Origin: the human T2T-CHM13v2.0 reference genome, Homo sapiens
Length of the DNA stretch: 64,000 nt
Assembly (NCBI RefSeq): GCF_009914755.1
Contig: NC_060944.1
Reading direction: 5' to 3' (one strand)
Shown: piece by piece, positions 27,440 to 40,977 of the stretch
Position numbering within the stretch: the first letter of the stretch is position 1
How the letters are laid out: each line of letters starts with the position of its first letter
Position numbers and translations under genes: made by a program
Notes under the pieces: model-generated
Seen by the model: the letters and a program-made list of their open reading frames with translations, nothing else
Databases searched by the model: none
What the model was told of the DNA's origin: nothing

Positions 27440-27699
27440 GGCCAGGTGTGGTGGCTCATGCCTATAAAATCCCAGCACTTTGGCGGGCCGAGGTGGGCAG
27501 ATCACTTGAGGTCAGGAGTTTGAGACAAGCCTGGCCAATATGGCGAAACCCCGTCTCGCTCTACTAAAAATACAAAAATTAGCCAGGCATGATGGTGCCA
27601 CCTGTTGTCCCAGCTACCTGGGAGGCAGAGGTTGCAGTGAGCCAAGATCGCGCCACTGCACTCCAGCCTGCGCGATGCAGCACAACTCTGTCTCAAAAC
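27440..27699 (+). mobile_element. Alu (AluS-type) with an approximately 30-bp deletion in the right arm
   Basis: CAGCTAC joins directly to CTGGGAGGCAGAGG; TSD AAAACCAATATCA / AAAACCGACATCA. Confidence 0.93.
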
Positions 27700-28072
27700 A
27701 AAACCGACATCAAATTCCCAAAACAAACACTTTAAGCATTAAAAGGAGATTTTTTTATGGAAACAGAAAAATTGCAGGCAATCTGGACAAGCCTGTGTAA
27801 GATTAAAGAGCCAAAAAGGTAAGGAATCTAAAGAATAATCACTGATGGAATGGAAAAATATACTGCTGTATTCATCTGCAAACATAGCCTATTCTTTGTA
27901 AGGACTGTGGAATATGTACACAATTTAATCATATTTGGGTCTCAAAGAAAACCTTAACAAAATCTCAAACTTGTAAATAGTACAGACCCCATACTTTGAT
28001 AATTTTTGTTACTGGAAATTGTAGCCAAAAGAAAAAGAAAATTAGCCACTTAGAATTTCCAGAACTCTTCTT

Positions 28073-28619
28073 TTTGTTAGCCTTTTTAAATTTAAGCTCC
28101 AGGGTATATATGCAGGATGTGCAGGTTTGTTACCTAGGTAAATGTGTGCCACGGTGGTTTGCTGTACCTATCAACTCATCACCTAGGTACTAAACCCAGT
28201 ATGCATTAGCATTTTTCTTGATGCTGTCCCTCCCCTTGCCCCCTCAACGCGCCCCAGTGTGTAGTTCCCCTCCCTGTGTCTAAGTGTTCACATTGTTCGG
28301 CTTCCGCTTACAAGTGAAAACATGAGGTGTTTGGTTTTCTGTTCCTGCATTAGTTTGCTGAGGATAATGGCTTCCAGCTCCATCCATGTCCCTGCAGAGG
28401 ACATGATTTCATCCCTTTTTATGACTGTATAGTACTTCATGATAGGTATGTACCACATTTTCTTTCAGTCTATCTTTGATGGGTATCTGGGCTGATTCCG
28501 TGTCTTTGCTATTGTGAATAGTGCTGCAGTGAACACACACGTGCATGTATCTTTATGATAGAATGATTTATATTCCTCTGGGTATATACCCAGTAATGGG
28601 ATTGCTGGGTCAAATGGTA
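28073..28619 (-). mobile_element. 5'-truncated older L1PA, antisense, with 16-bp TSD
   Basis: Reverse L1 3' end; TTCCAGAACTCTTCTT (28057-28072) and TTCCAGAAGTCTTCTT (28620-28635). Confidence 0.93.
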
Positions 28620-29289
28620 TTCCAGAAGTCTTCTTGAACAACTCTTGGATCAAAGAAGAAAGTAGATTTTAAATGTTCTCATCTAAGCAATGCTAGGTGA
28701 GGTGATGAATATGTCAATTATTTCACAGTGTATACATGCATCAAAACATATCGTACATATAAATATATACAATTTGTCATTTGTCAATTAAAAAATAAAA
28801 TACAACTCAAAATTGAGGGGGAAGCAGCAATTATGAATCTTTAAAATGCGGAGGAAGGGATAGCTAAAGACAAAGAATTAGAAAACAGAGAAGCAGAAGT
28901 GATACACTTGAGATTTGATTCTTTTGAGGAGAAAAGAAACAACCCACATAAAACTGAAAACCTGTTTGCTTTCCTAATGAAGAAAAAATGGGAGAAAAAC
29001 AGATACTTGATGTTTGTTAGAAATTAGAAAGGGCAAATAAATAACCACAGATGCAGAGGAAATAAAAATCGTAAGAGTATGCAAATAGGTATGCTTCACT
29101 CAACAGGGTGTGGACATATATTTAGGTCCAAAGTCCTGTCCTCAATGCGTGTTTAGTGTGAAAAATGCTTATATGTAAAACCAATAACTTTCCAGAAGTA
29201 ACCAGTTAGAAAATATCATGGGGAATGGAGTTAATAACAAAATTGCTGACCTGTAGGAAGAAAAGTACTCAACTTTATCAAGAAATTTA

Positions 29290-29530
29290 TTTATTCAATG
29301 TATTTAACACATGCTTATACAATATAGGGCTTACTGTATGCCAGGTACATTTGATCTTTAAGAACCCTAGAATGTAGGTTTGCTCATATCCACATTTTAC
29401 AGATGAAGAAACTGAGGCACAAAGAGGTTAGGTAACTTGGCCAAAGTCACCCAGCTGGTAGAATGGCAGGACCAGGATTCAAAATGTAGTTAGCGTCGTC
29501 CAGCATCTGTGTGCGTTGCTATCATGCTGA
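29290..29530 (-). mobile_element. MIR
   Basis: CACATTTTACAGATGAAGAAACTGAGGCACAAAGAGGTTAGGTAACTTG is the MIR core. Confidence 0.85.
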
Positions 29531-29891
29531 CTGCTCAGTTCATGCAGAGACATATTGCATTCCAGGAGGGAAGACTCGGTCTCATCAAATGATCCAACAT
29601 AACTGGACTGAGCTCTCTGGCAGGGGCTGAAATGCAAAGCGTCTGTCCGAGGTGAATGTCAGTAGAATGGCACACAGCCACGGAGCTGCCGGTTTCCCAC
29701 GAGTGCACTTAATCATACAGAGGTCCAAGTAGCATGAGGCTCCATCTTGAGATTCACCTGTCAGGGATCGGAGCAGGAGCCGCACCCATCACTTCTCCTC
29801 TGCATTCCCTCCTCTAAGTCCGCTAGCACAGATGTGATGGAGTGGCAGGACAGATCCTTCCTAACTCAACCCTCCTGTCCTCCTCTCTTAG

Positions 29892-30131
29892 ATCCAGGAG
29901 ATGGTCCACTCGGAAGTGGCTGCCTATGACTCGGGCCGGCCCGGGCCCCTGCTGGGTCGCCCGGCAATGCTGGCCAGCCACATGAGTGCCCTCAGCCAGT
30001 CCCAGCTCATCTCGCAGATGGGCATCCGGAGCAGCATCGCCCACAGCTCCCCATCACCGCCGGGGAGCAAGTCAGCGACCCCCTCTCCCTCCAGCTCCAC
30101 TCAGGAAGAGGAGTCGGAAGTGCATTTCAAG
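29892..30131 (+). CDS. TOX2: TOX2 internal coding exon (240 nt, phase 0-0; exon 4 of the 9-exon isoform by recollection)
   Basis: Pyrimidine tract plus TTAG acceptor ending 29891; donor AAG|GTATGT at 30131/30132. Translates IQEMVHSEVAAYDSGRPG...SPSPPGSKSATPSPSSSTQEEESEVHFK; SPSPPGSKSATPSPSSS is a TOX-family motif. Confidence 0.96.
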
Positions 30132-31179
30132 GTATGTGCGGTGGAGGAACAGAGCCTGAAGCTGCCCTCCTGTCGGCAGGGAAGGGGTCCTGTGGGGAAA
30201 TGGGCATCACCTCCCTCTAGTAAAGACTAGAAAAGCCTGATGTCCCAAGGTCCCCGTAGGTGCCATTCCCACTGAGCAGGCGTTCCTGGTGGCGGTTGGG
30301 ATGTCCGCCACAGAGCTCAGTGGTTTTCTGTTAAGACCCCCAGGCCACGCTGGAAGCCAAGGAAAAAGCACATTGGCAGGTGGAGCACCTGGTCAGGGGG
30401 GATGGCACCTATGGGGCTTTGTGGCATCGGGCTTTGGCTGCTCCAAGTGCTGAGCGTCCTTGACAAGCTGTGTTCCCTCGGGGCTCCCACAGCCTTGTGC
30501 GTAAAGCAGAGAAAATTCCAACAAATGTTGAGGGGATGGGGTGAGAAGATCCTGTGAAAGTTGGCAAAGACTGACTCCTGAAGGCCAGTGGGCGATTTCA
30601 GAGGTGTGGACGGCTTCAGCAAGGCCATCGGGGTCACATTTATGGCCATTTGGCCCTTTTAGGAGAAAATATTCTGACAAAACTGTGTGGTCCAGAAGAC
30701 AGCACCTCTGGGCCTAGAGTATTCACTGACCTTGAGGGTGGGGTGCAAAAATGACCCCCCCACTGGGAACATGCATTCCCCCAACATTCCTGGAGTCTAG
30801 AGTGGTTTGACCTCCTCAAGAACATGGTAGGGATGAGAGCCCGCCACCTGTCCGGGCTCTGGCCCTTCTTTGCATTGACTCCAAATCCACCTCCCGGTGA
30901 GAGAACATCTTGTCTTACCAGGGAGGAAAACAGAGGCCCAGAAATGCCAAAGACAGAAGTGTTTGCCCAGGGCCTCCCAGCGAGCTAGTGGCAGAATTAA
31001 GACTTATCTCCCTCCATGCCTCCTGCCTCTGTCGATCCAGTGTCCTTTCCACGTGGTGGCCTCCCGAGGCCTAGGGCAGTAACCCTGGACTTTGGGGGAA
31101 GAGGGGTTTACTTCTGGATCCTGGCCCAGCTTCATCCTAAGGATGACTCGACCTCTATTATAGTCCATGCAGGAACGGT

Positions 31180-31420
31180 TTTTATTTAACAAACACTCTC
31201 TATGGGCCAGACACTGCTCTAAACACATAACAAGTATACGTCCATGTAATCCTCATAAAAGTCCTATAGGGCAGGGACTGTTATTATCTCTGTTTGGCAG
31301 ATGGGGACACTGAGGCACAGAGAGGTTAAGTAATGTATCTGGTGTCACACAGCTAGTAAGTGGGGGGAACCAGGATTCAAACCCAGGAGGCTGCAGGTGC
31401 AGTCCAGTGTATGTGCCCTC
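31180..31420 (-). mobile_element. MIR
   Basis: CAGATGGGGACACTGAGGCACAGAGAGGTTAAGTAA...GGATTCAAACCCAGG. Confidence 0.85.
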
Positions 31421-32018
31421 AACCCCCTGCCCTGCTGTGCCTGTTCAGGACTTTATCAATGACAACATGCCTCTTCATCCCTGATCTTGCTAGGGTCACA
31501 CCACGGTGCTAACACAACTGGGGCTTGGAGAAGGGAGTAGCTGCAGAGATAAGCCTCAGGAACAGAACCATGTCCTTCAGACATGGATGCCTGATCATGC
31601 CTACTGGCCCATGGCTTTGTCATCAGGTCAACATGTCACCTCCATCTTCTTGGCTCCTAGAGCCAGAGTCTTCACTACAGGGTCCAGGGCTTTTGACCAA
31701 AGTCCCCTGTTCCTACATGGCTTGAGTGACCCAACAGAGACCCACTGAGGTCTGTGGTGGGCATCCCAACACCACCCCATCCTGGAAGCCCTAAGTCAAG
31801 TGTTCACAGGATCATGGTCCTGCAGTCTGTCCAGAGTGAAGCCACTGGTTCCAGGGCTGACGCAGTAACAGTCGCTTTAGCCTCGTGCCCTCCCCACTTC
31901 ACAGGGTCAAGGGACTAAGCCACCTGCTCAAAGCTGCACAGCTGAAACATGGCGGTGGAGACCAGCCTTTTGTAATGCAGGATCCTTTTTGGGGATTGTG
32001 CTCACAAGTGGGAGGGCA

Positions 32019-32019
32019 G

Positions 32020-32066
<47 letters not shown>

Positions 32067-32227
32067 CACACATATATATACAGACATATATATACTATAT
32101 ATACACATATATATACATATATACTATATATACACACACATATATATACTATATATACACACACATATATATACATATATACACACACACACACATGTAT
32201 ATACACATATACACACATGCACACACA
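32019..32227. repeat. Compound (TA)/(CA) microsatellite, about 210 bp
   Basis: Alternating purine-pyrimidine TATA/CACA tract; source of the HIYT/VCIY low-complexity ORFs. Confidence 0.95.
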
Positions 32228-32865
32228 CTCCAAACTTGGAAATAGGCCCCCAAATAACTGCACATTCTTTCAATGTCATACCAAAGCCTTGGCTAACAGG
32301 CTCACTCAATAATTATCTGATTCCCTAGGAAACTGGACCTTTGCTTTGATTCATTATTCACTATTGATTAGGGGATTTCACAACTCTGTAAAAGAAGATG
32401 TTACCTTGGGCGGGGGAGGGGAAGTGATAAGAGATGTAAGGGATTTTTGTCTGATTATAAGGCAAATTAACTTTGCCCGGTAGAGATGCAAATTTCTGTC
32501 CAGTAGAAAAGATTAAAAGTCCCAAAGGTGATAGTTTCAGCGCTCTATTGGGCACTAACCAGTTTCACGTGTAATTTAGTAATCTAATTCCAGCATTCTT
32601 TCCATTCTTTCAGTGACTATACAGTCCGTCTTCTCCTCCTGCATTTCTCTGAATCAACTTTACAATCATGCTGATTCTCTTTAATGAGTTAAACACCCAC
32701 CCAGGGTGTGTGTGTCTGTCTGTCCATTGCCCCCTCCATCGCGCGAGTGGTTATCTGTGCATGAGCAGGGCTGGAGAAGTGCAGCTCGGCCCAAGTCTGT
32801 GTTGATCGCCTTTGGCAGGAGGCCCTTGGGCTTCTTTGGTTTTCTGACTCTTCTCACTCGGGCAG

Positions 32866-33093
32866 ATCTCGGGAGAAAAGAGACCTTCAGCCGACCCAGG
32901 AAAAAAGGCCAAGAACCCGAAGAAGAAGAAAAAGAAGGACCCCAATGAGCCGCAGAAGCCTGTGTCGGCCTACGCACTCTTCTTCAGAGACACTCAGGCC
33001 GCCATCAAGGGTCAGAACCCCAGTGCCACTTTCGGTGACGTGTCCAAAATCGTGGCCTCCATGTGGGACAGCCTGGGAGAGGAACAGAAGCAG
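32866..33093 (+). CDS. TOX2: TOX2 coding exon (228 nt, phase 0-0): basic NLS and HMG-box helices 1-2
   Basis: CAG acceptor ending 32865; donor CAG|GTGAGC. Translates [76 protein letters not shown], the TOX-type HMG box. Confidence 0.98.
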
Positions 33094-33789
33094 GTGAGCC
33101 TCCCTCTCTTTCTGGGCCATCCCCTGAGGCTTTGTGGTCCTGGAACCAAGGACACACTTTGAAGGTCTGAAACCAGGCCCAGCTCTGGAACTAGAGACTC
33201 TTACAGAGGTCTTTCCTGGGCTCAGGTTGCCCATCTGTAAACTGGGAAGCTAGCTGCCTTCCAATTCTACTAACCAACTGCATTTACTAGCAACTTAACC
33301 ACTCTGAACCTCTGCTTCCCGCAACTTAACCATTCTGAACCTCTGCTTCCCCCTTGATAAAATGAGAACAAGCATCTCCATCCATCTTGTCCCACCAACC
33401 CTAAAAGTCTGGAGTCCAGGCCAGAGCTTCCTATCCCACTGACCATGTGCCTGTGGCCTCCTCTAAAGGCCTCCAGGGAGAATAGAGAGCAGAACTAGCT
33501 GGTAGGCAAATGGAGTTGCCAGCTGTGTGACCTCAGCCTGACCACCTAAACTCTCTGAGCCTCGGTTTTCATGTCTATTAAAACAGGGGTGCTGGCTACT
33601 CCTTCTCTGAGCTCACATCTGGGCTGGGCTTTCCCCCCGGTATGTCACTGAATCCTTACAACACCCTGTGGAGTAGCCATTGCTTTCCTGTTTGGTAGAG
33701 ACACCAAGAGGTAAAGTGACTCACCCAGGGTCACCAGCGTGAATCAAGGTAGAGTCAGGATTTGAACTCACATCTGTAGAAGCAGGAGG

Positions 33790-34450
33790 CTCAACTGGGC
33801 TGTTGGCATGAGAGACATGAATCAAATAAGCAGATGAGTAAATGTAAAATTACAATTGTGATTGTGCCGTGTACCAGGAGGGTACATAGTTCATGAGAGT
33901 GGAAAGAGCAGGGACGGACATTGTCCCAGGGGTCAGGTCACCAGGTGAGACCTGAAGTGTGAGTTCTCTTTGGAGGAGGGGAAGTGTTCCAGACAGGGAG
34001 GCCTGGTAAGGAAGGAGGCTGGAAAAGCACAGGGGACTGAAAGGAGACCAGGATGGCCAGAGAGGAGACAATAAGAGTACCCATGGCAGAGACGGAGCTG
34101 GAAAGGAGGGCAGGGGCCAGACCACGCTGGGCTTTGCAGACCTTGGAAGTAGTCAGGCCCTGTTCTAAGAGGAGAGAAAACCAGTGAAGAGTTTTATGCA
34201 GAGGAGAGACTGGAACGGCAGCATAAGGCAGGTAAGAGTGGATGTGGAGGGTGCACAGTGATCCAGGTGGGGGAAGGTAGGGTCTGGAGCATCTTCCAGA
34301 ATGGTTTAGGGTAGGGGACACAGAGCATGTCCTGGGAGCCTCCTTGCATCTGGCTTCCATTCTGAGTAAATGGAGATGCCAGTCACTGGATGGGAAATAT
34401 GGGGAAAGTAGCAGGCTTGGGGCAGAGAGATGAATTACTGACTTATTTGA
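33790..34450 (-). mobile_element. L2 fragment
   Basis: G-rich reverse-L2 words (GGAAGTGTTCCAGACAG, GGGGCCAGACCAC, GGAGATGCCAGTCACTG). Confidence 0.55.
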
Positions 34451-35483
34451 AACATCATCTTTACCGTATTCTAAAATTTTAGGTAATTTTGGAATATGTT
34501 ATAATGCAGAGAGTTTATTTCGGAGATGATCCCCACCTCTGGTAGGGGAGTGGGGAAATGAGACAGGGAAAGGAGGGCAGCCAGGAAAGGGCACATTGTC
34601 CCAGGAGAATCCACCATGGGCAACTGGAGCACAATCCCGCTGGGAACTCAGGAGCCTGCTTAGAACGTGCCAGGCCTCAGGGTCATCCTGTCTGAGGGGC
34701 AAGGGTGCTGGGGTGGACACCAGCATTCCTTCAGAGCTGCTCCAGGGGACATTACTTCTGCAGCACCCCTGGCCTGCTACACATGCCAGGCTCCTGCCAC
34801 CAGAGGGACCCTCAGGCAAAGGAATATAGCCGGTGGCAGCTGGAAGTAGAGCATGTTTGTAGGACAGGGGTAAGGACTGGGGGATATTGGCAGGGCACTG
34901 TGGCTTTTGCTATAGGGACGTCTGTCATTTTCACTTGTGTGTTTCGTTGGCAACCAATTCCCTTTCAAAAGACTTCAGGTTGTTTTTGTTTGGTGGGGGG
35001 ATTTCCTTGCCGTTTTATACAGTCTGGGGAGACAGTGGTCTCAAGTCCTATGTCCCCGGGCACTCCCTCCACCGATGCTTTCTCTGACCTCATTCAGCGC
35101 AGCCCAGAGGCAAGCAAAGGTGGTTGAGAGTCCCAGCCCCTGTGTCGGTTTCATTTCTGCTTACCTGTCTGACGTTTTATTTCTAACCCAAGAACTTGGC
35201 ATATATTTATTTCCATCCGATAATGGGCATTTCTCTCCTTTTACTTAATGCGTTCTTTTACTTAATGCGTTATAAATGGCTTGTTTCTCCCCATTTTCCT
35301 AGCAAATTGTTGAGTATAAAAAGTTAGGAATTTAATTTGTAACTGCCAAGCTTACTATTTATTTTATCATTTCTGATCATTTTTAATTCCTGAGTCTTCT
35401 AGGTTTAAAAAAAGTGTCTATAATTATACACATATTTATACATATGTATCTTTTACAAATGATAATTTTGTCTCCTTTGTTAT

Positions 35484-35787
35484 TTGTTTTTTAAGAGACA
35501 GGGTGTCACTCTGTCACCCAGGCTAGAGGTCAGTGGCATGATCATAGCTCACTGCAGCCTTGAACTCCTGGGCTCAAGCAATTTTCCCAGCTCAGCTTCC
35601 CAAGTAGCTGGACTACAGGTGTGCCATGCATCACCATGCCCCACAAAATTTTTTCTTTTTTTTGGTATTTTGTAGAGACAGGGTCTTGCTGTGTTGCTCA
35701 GGCTGACAAACTCTTAGCCTCAAATGATCATCCCACCTTGGCCTCCCAAAGTGCTGGGATTAGAGGCATGAGCCACTATATCCAGCC
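35484..35787 (-). mobile_element. AluJ-type element
   Basis: GAGACAGGGTGTCACTCTGTCACCCAGG...CTCACTGCAGCCTTGAACTCCTGGGCTCAAGC. Confidence 0.93.
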
Positions 35788-36541
35788 ATATCTCCTTATT
35801 TTGTCTCCTCACTTCTCAGATTTCTAATTCTGTTTTCTTTTCCCAGTTATGTTGACTAGGACTTCTAAAAAAGAGATGTTCAGCAATGGCGGGGATAGTG
35901 GTCTTCTTACTTTGCATTACCTCTCATGTTTCACTATTAAGCATAAGGCTGGATGTTAGCTTGTGTCAGTTTTTGAAATCACATTTAGAAATGTGACTTA
36001 TATTCCTATTTTACTATTAATACACTAATAACCAAGAGAGGTAGTGAGAAAATAATAGGAAATAAAAAAACCTTGCCTATCCCCCAAAAGTTTCAAGCCT
36101 AGGTGATGGATAGGAAAGTTCTTTCAAATCATCAAAGAGCTAATAATTCCAAGACTTAGAAAAATAAGAAAACCTTCACAAGTCTTTATATACAATGTAA
36201 CCTTGACACTAAAACATAATGAAGCTAACTGCATCATTTAATTTTGAATGTGTAATAAACAATACCAAAATTTAATGGCTTAAAACAATAATCATTTATT
36301 CAACTTATGATTCTGAGGGTCCATGAACTGTGCTGGGCTCAGCAGGATGGTTCTGCTGCTGCTCTTGGCTGGGCTCACCCATTTGCATCAGTGGTCAACT
36401 ACAGTAAATTAGGCATCTCTGCTTCTGGGAGTTGGATGGCTGTCAGCTGGAGCAGTGGAGCCAAACTGGGCCATGTGTCTTTCATCATCCAGCAGACTAG
36501 CTCATGCTTATTCACATAGCAAGTCAGAGTTCCAAGAGCAG

Positions 36542-39500
36542 TTTTAGAGCAGAAAAATGGCAGGAAGGAGGCAGGACTAACTTGCAGCTCCCACTCGGAC
36601 AGACAGAGCACGGAGACTCACATTGTGAACTTTTGCTCCAAGAACTACCACAGGAACATACTAGGAAAGCCAAAAGAATCCACAGACACTTTGAAGGACG
36701 TGGATTGCTGCTGCAGGCTCTCTGGGACAGCCAAGGAATTGTGAGTTGGTGTGCTTTCTCAGCTGGGAGGCCTGTAGCCTGGGGGCAAGTTCTCAGCCCT
36801 GTTCACTAGCTGCCTGGAAATAAACTCGGTGCTGTTGGGGGTGCATGGTGGGAGTGAGACCAGCCTGTGGCTGCCAGCTTTCCCTCACTTCCCTGACAAC
36901 CTGTGTGATGCAGCAGTCAGCCATAATCCCTCTGGGAACCACAACCCCCACAGCATCTGCAGCAAGCCCCACCTAACCCTGCCCCTACCTGATGGTCTTT
37001 CTCTACCTGCCCTGTTAGCCTAAGACAAAGGACATAATCTCTCTTGGGAACTCCATGGCCCCGCCCACCACCTGACACTAGGGCAAGCTTGTATCCTCCC
37101 TATACTACTGCAGCTGATGTGCTCTAGAAAGTGCTACCTCCTGGCTAGAGGCCAACCAACACAAAACCAGTGCACTTAAAAATACAACCAAGGACCCTCA
37201 TGGAGTCCACTTCACTCCCCTGCTACTTCCACTGGACCAGGTGTTGATATCCATGGAGGAGAGACCTGAAGACAGATCACATCACAGGACTCTTTGCAGA
37301 CACTCCCCAGTACTAGCCCAGAGCCCGGTAGCTCCGCTGGGTGGCTAGATCCAGAAGAGAAATAACAATCACTGCAGCAGGGCTCTCAGGAAACCACATC
37401 CCTAGGGGAAGGGGGAGAACCCCAAGGGACAGGAGAATCTGAATAGCAGCCTTGAGTCCCAGATCTTCCCTCTGACATAGTTTACCCAAATGGGAAGGAA
37501 CCAGAAAAATAATTCTGGTAATATGACAAAACGAGGTTATTTAACACCCCCAAAAGATAACACTAGCTCAACAGCAATGGATCCAAACCAAGACAAAATC
37601 TCTGAATTGCCAGAAAAAGAATTCAGAAGGTTGATTGTTAAGCTAATCAAGGAGGCACCAGAGAAAGGTGAAGTCCAACTTAAAATAAAAAGAATTATAC
37701 AGCATATGAATGGAAAAATCTCCAGTGAAATAGCATAAATAAAAACAATCACAACTTCTGGAAATGAAGGACACACTTAGAGAAATGCAAAATACACTGG
37801 GAAGTCTCAGCAACTGAATTGAACAAGTAGAAGAAAGAACTTCAGAGCTCAAAGACAAGGCTTTCAAATTAACCCAATTCAACAGAGACAAAAAATTTTA
37901 ACAAATGAACAAAGCCTCCAAGAAGTTTGGGATTATGTTAAATGACCAAATCTAAGAATCACTGGTGTTCCTGAGGAAGAAGAGAAATCTAAAAGTTTGG
38001 AAAATATATTTGAGGGAATAATTGAGGAAAACTTCCCTGGCCTTGCTAGAGATCTAGACATCCAAATACAAGAAGTTCAAAGAACACCTGGGAAATTTGT
38101 CACAAAAAGAAGGAAAGGAAAACCTTTCAGATTAACAGCAGATTTCTTAGCAGAAACCCTACAAGCTAGAAGGGATTGGGGTCCTATTTTTAGCCTCCTT
38201 AAACGATTAGCCAAGAATTTTGTATCCAGCAAAACTAAGCTTCATTACAGTTCTTTTTTTCAAAGCAATGCTGAGAGAATTTGCCACTGCCAAGCCAGCA
38301 CTGCAAGAACTACTAAAAGGAGCTCAATCTTGAAACAAATTTTTGAAATACACAAAAATGGAATCTCCTTAAAGCATAAATCTCACAGGACCTCTAAAAT
38401 AATAACACAATTTTTTAAAAACCACAAGGTATTTGGGCAACAAATAGCACAACGAATAGAATAGTACCTCACATCTCAATACTAGCACTGAATGTAAATG
38501 GCCTAAATGCTCCACTTAAAAATACAGAATGGCAGAATGAATAATTGACCAACTGAGTATCTGCTGTCTTCAAGAGACTCACCTGACACATAAGGACACA
38601 CATAACCTTTAGGTAAAGGGGTGGAAAAAGATACTCCATGCAAATGGATACCAAAAGTGAGCAGGAATAGCTATTCTTATATCAGACCAAACAAACTTTA
38701 AAGCAACGGCAGTTGAAAAAGACAAAGAGGGACATTATATAATAAAACTAGTCCAACAGGAAAATATCACGATCCTAAATTTATATGCATCTAACATTGG
38801 AGCTCCCAAATTTAAAAAAATAATTACTACTAGACCTAAGAAATGAGAAAGATAGACAGTAAAACAACAATAGCGGGAAACTTCAATACTCCACTGACAG
38901 CACTAGACAGGTCATCAAGACAAAGTCAACAAAGAAACAATGAACTTAAACTTACCCTGCAACAAATGGACTTAACAGATATTTATAGAACATTCTACCC
39001 AACAACTGCAGAATATACATTCTGTTCATCAGCACATGGAACGTTCTCCAAGATAGACCATACAATAGGCCATAAAACAAGTCTCAACAAATTTAAGAAA
39101 ATAATAGAAATTATATCAAGTACTCTCTCAGAACATAGTGGAATAAAACTGGAAATCAACTCCAAAAGGAACCCTCAAAACAATGCAAATATATGGAAAT
39201 AGTTAAATAACCTGCTCCTGAATGATTGTTGGGTCAACAATGAAATCAAGATGGATATTATAAAATTATTTGAACTGAACGATAATAGTGACATAACCTA
39301 TCAAAACCTCTAGGATACAGCAAAAGTGGTGCTAAGAGGAAAGGTCATAGCATTAAATGCCTACATCAAAAAGTCTGAAAGAGCACAAATAGACAATGTA
39401 AGGTCACGCCTCAAGGAACTAAAGAGAGAGAACACACAAAACTCAAACGCAGCAGAAGAAAAAAATGACCAAGATCAGAGCAGAACTAAATGAAATTGAA

Positions 39501-40938
39501 ACCAAAAAATACAAAAGATAAACAAAAAGCTGGTTCTTTGAAAAGATAAATAAAACTGATAGACCATTAGTGAGATTAACCAAGAAAAGAAGAGAGAAGA
39601 TCCAGATAAGCTCAATTAGAAACAAAACATGAGATATTACAACCGATACCACAGAAATACAAAAGATCATTTAAGACTACTATGAACACCTTTATGTACA
39701 TAAACTAGAAAACCTAGAGGAGATGGATAAATTCCTGGAAATATACAACCCTCCTAGATTAAACCAGACCAATAACAAGCAGTGAGATTGAAATGGTAAT
39801 TAAAAAGTTACCAACAAAAAAAGGCCAGGACCAGATAGATTCAGAGCTGAATTCTATCAGACTTTTAAAGGACACTATTCCACAAAATAAAGAGGGAATC
39901 CTTCCTAAATTATTCTATGGAGCCAGTCAATCACCCTAATACCCAAACCAGGAAAGGACATAACAACAACAAAAAAACGAAAACTGCAGGCCAGTATTCC
40001 TTCTATGCCCAAAATCAGCATAGAAGGGATATACTTCAAGGTAATAAAAGCCATCTATGATAAACCAGAGCCAACATTATAGTGAATGGGGAAAAATTGA
40101 AAGCATTCCCCTTGAGAACTGGAACAAGACAAGGATGCCCACTCTTACCACTTCTATTCAACAGAGTACTGGAATTCCTAGCCAGAGCAATCAGACAAGA
40201 GAAAGAAAGAGCATCCAAATCTGTAAAGAGGAAGTCAAAGTGTTGCTGTTTGCTGATGATATGATTGTATACCTAGATGAACATGAATGCAAAAATCCTC
40301 AGTACAATACTAGCTAACTGAATCCAATGTTGTATCAGAAAGATAATCCACCATGATCAAGTGGGTTTCATACCATGGATGCAGGGATGGTTTAACATAC
40401 ACGAGTCAATAAATGTGATATACCACATAAACAGAATTTAAAACCACATGATCATCTCAATAGACACAGAAAAAGCATTTGACAAAATTGAGCATCCCTT
40501 TGATTAAAACCCTCAGCAAAATCGGCATAGAAGGGACATACCTTAAGGTAATAAAAGCCATCTATGATAAATCCAGAGCCAACATTACACTGAATGGGGA
40601 AAAGTTGAAAGCATTCCCCCTGAGAACTAGAACAAGACAAGGATGCCCATTTATTCGATGCAGTACTGGAAGTCCTGGCCAGAGCAATCAGACAAGAGAA
40701 AGAAATAAAGGGCACCAAATCAGTAAAGAGGAAGTCAAACTGTCACTGTTTGCTGATGGGATTATCATATACCTAGAAAACCCTAAAGACTCATCCAAAA
40801 AGCTCCTAGAACTGGTAAATGAATTCAGCAAAGTTTCAAGATACAAAATTAATGTACACAAATCAATAGATCTGCTATAAACCAACAGTGACCAAGCTGA
40901 GAATCACATCAAGAACTCAACCCCCTTTAACTGCAAAA

Positions 40939-40977
<39 letters not shown>

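Larger units (their letters stand above)
24950..29290 (+). mobile_element. Highly decayed L1M ORF2 remnants interrupted by younger insertions
   Basis: A-rich + strand with residual L1 endonuclease/ORF2 words (AAAATTGATCATA, GAGCTGGTTCTTTG, ACCACAGATGCAG); boundaries approximate. Confidence 0.55.

Noticed and set aside
29901-30230. 109-aa ORF as a standalone protein
   Set aside because: It is a TOX2 exon read through its donor at 30131/30132; TOX similarity stops at that donor.
33290-33351. 31-bp tandem duplication (similar small ones at 10828-10865, 35238-35271, 53908-53976)
   Set aside because: Two-copy slippage duplications inside old repeats; common and without functional signal.
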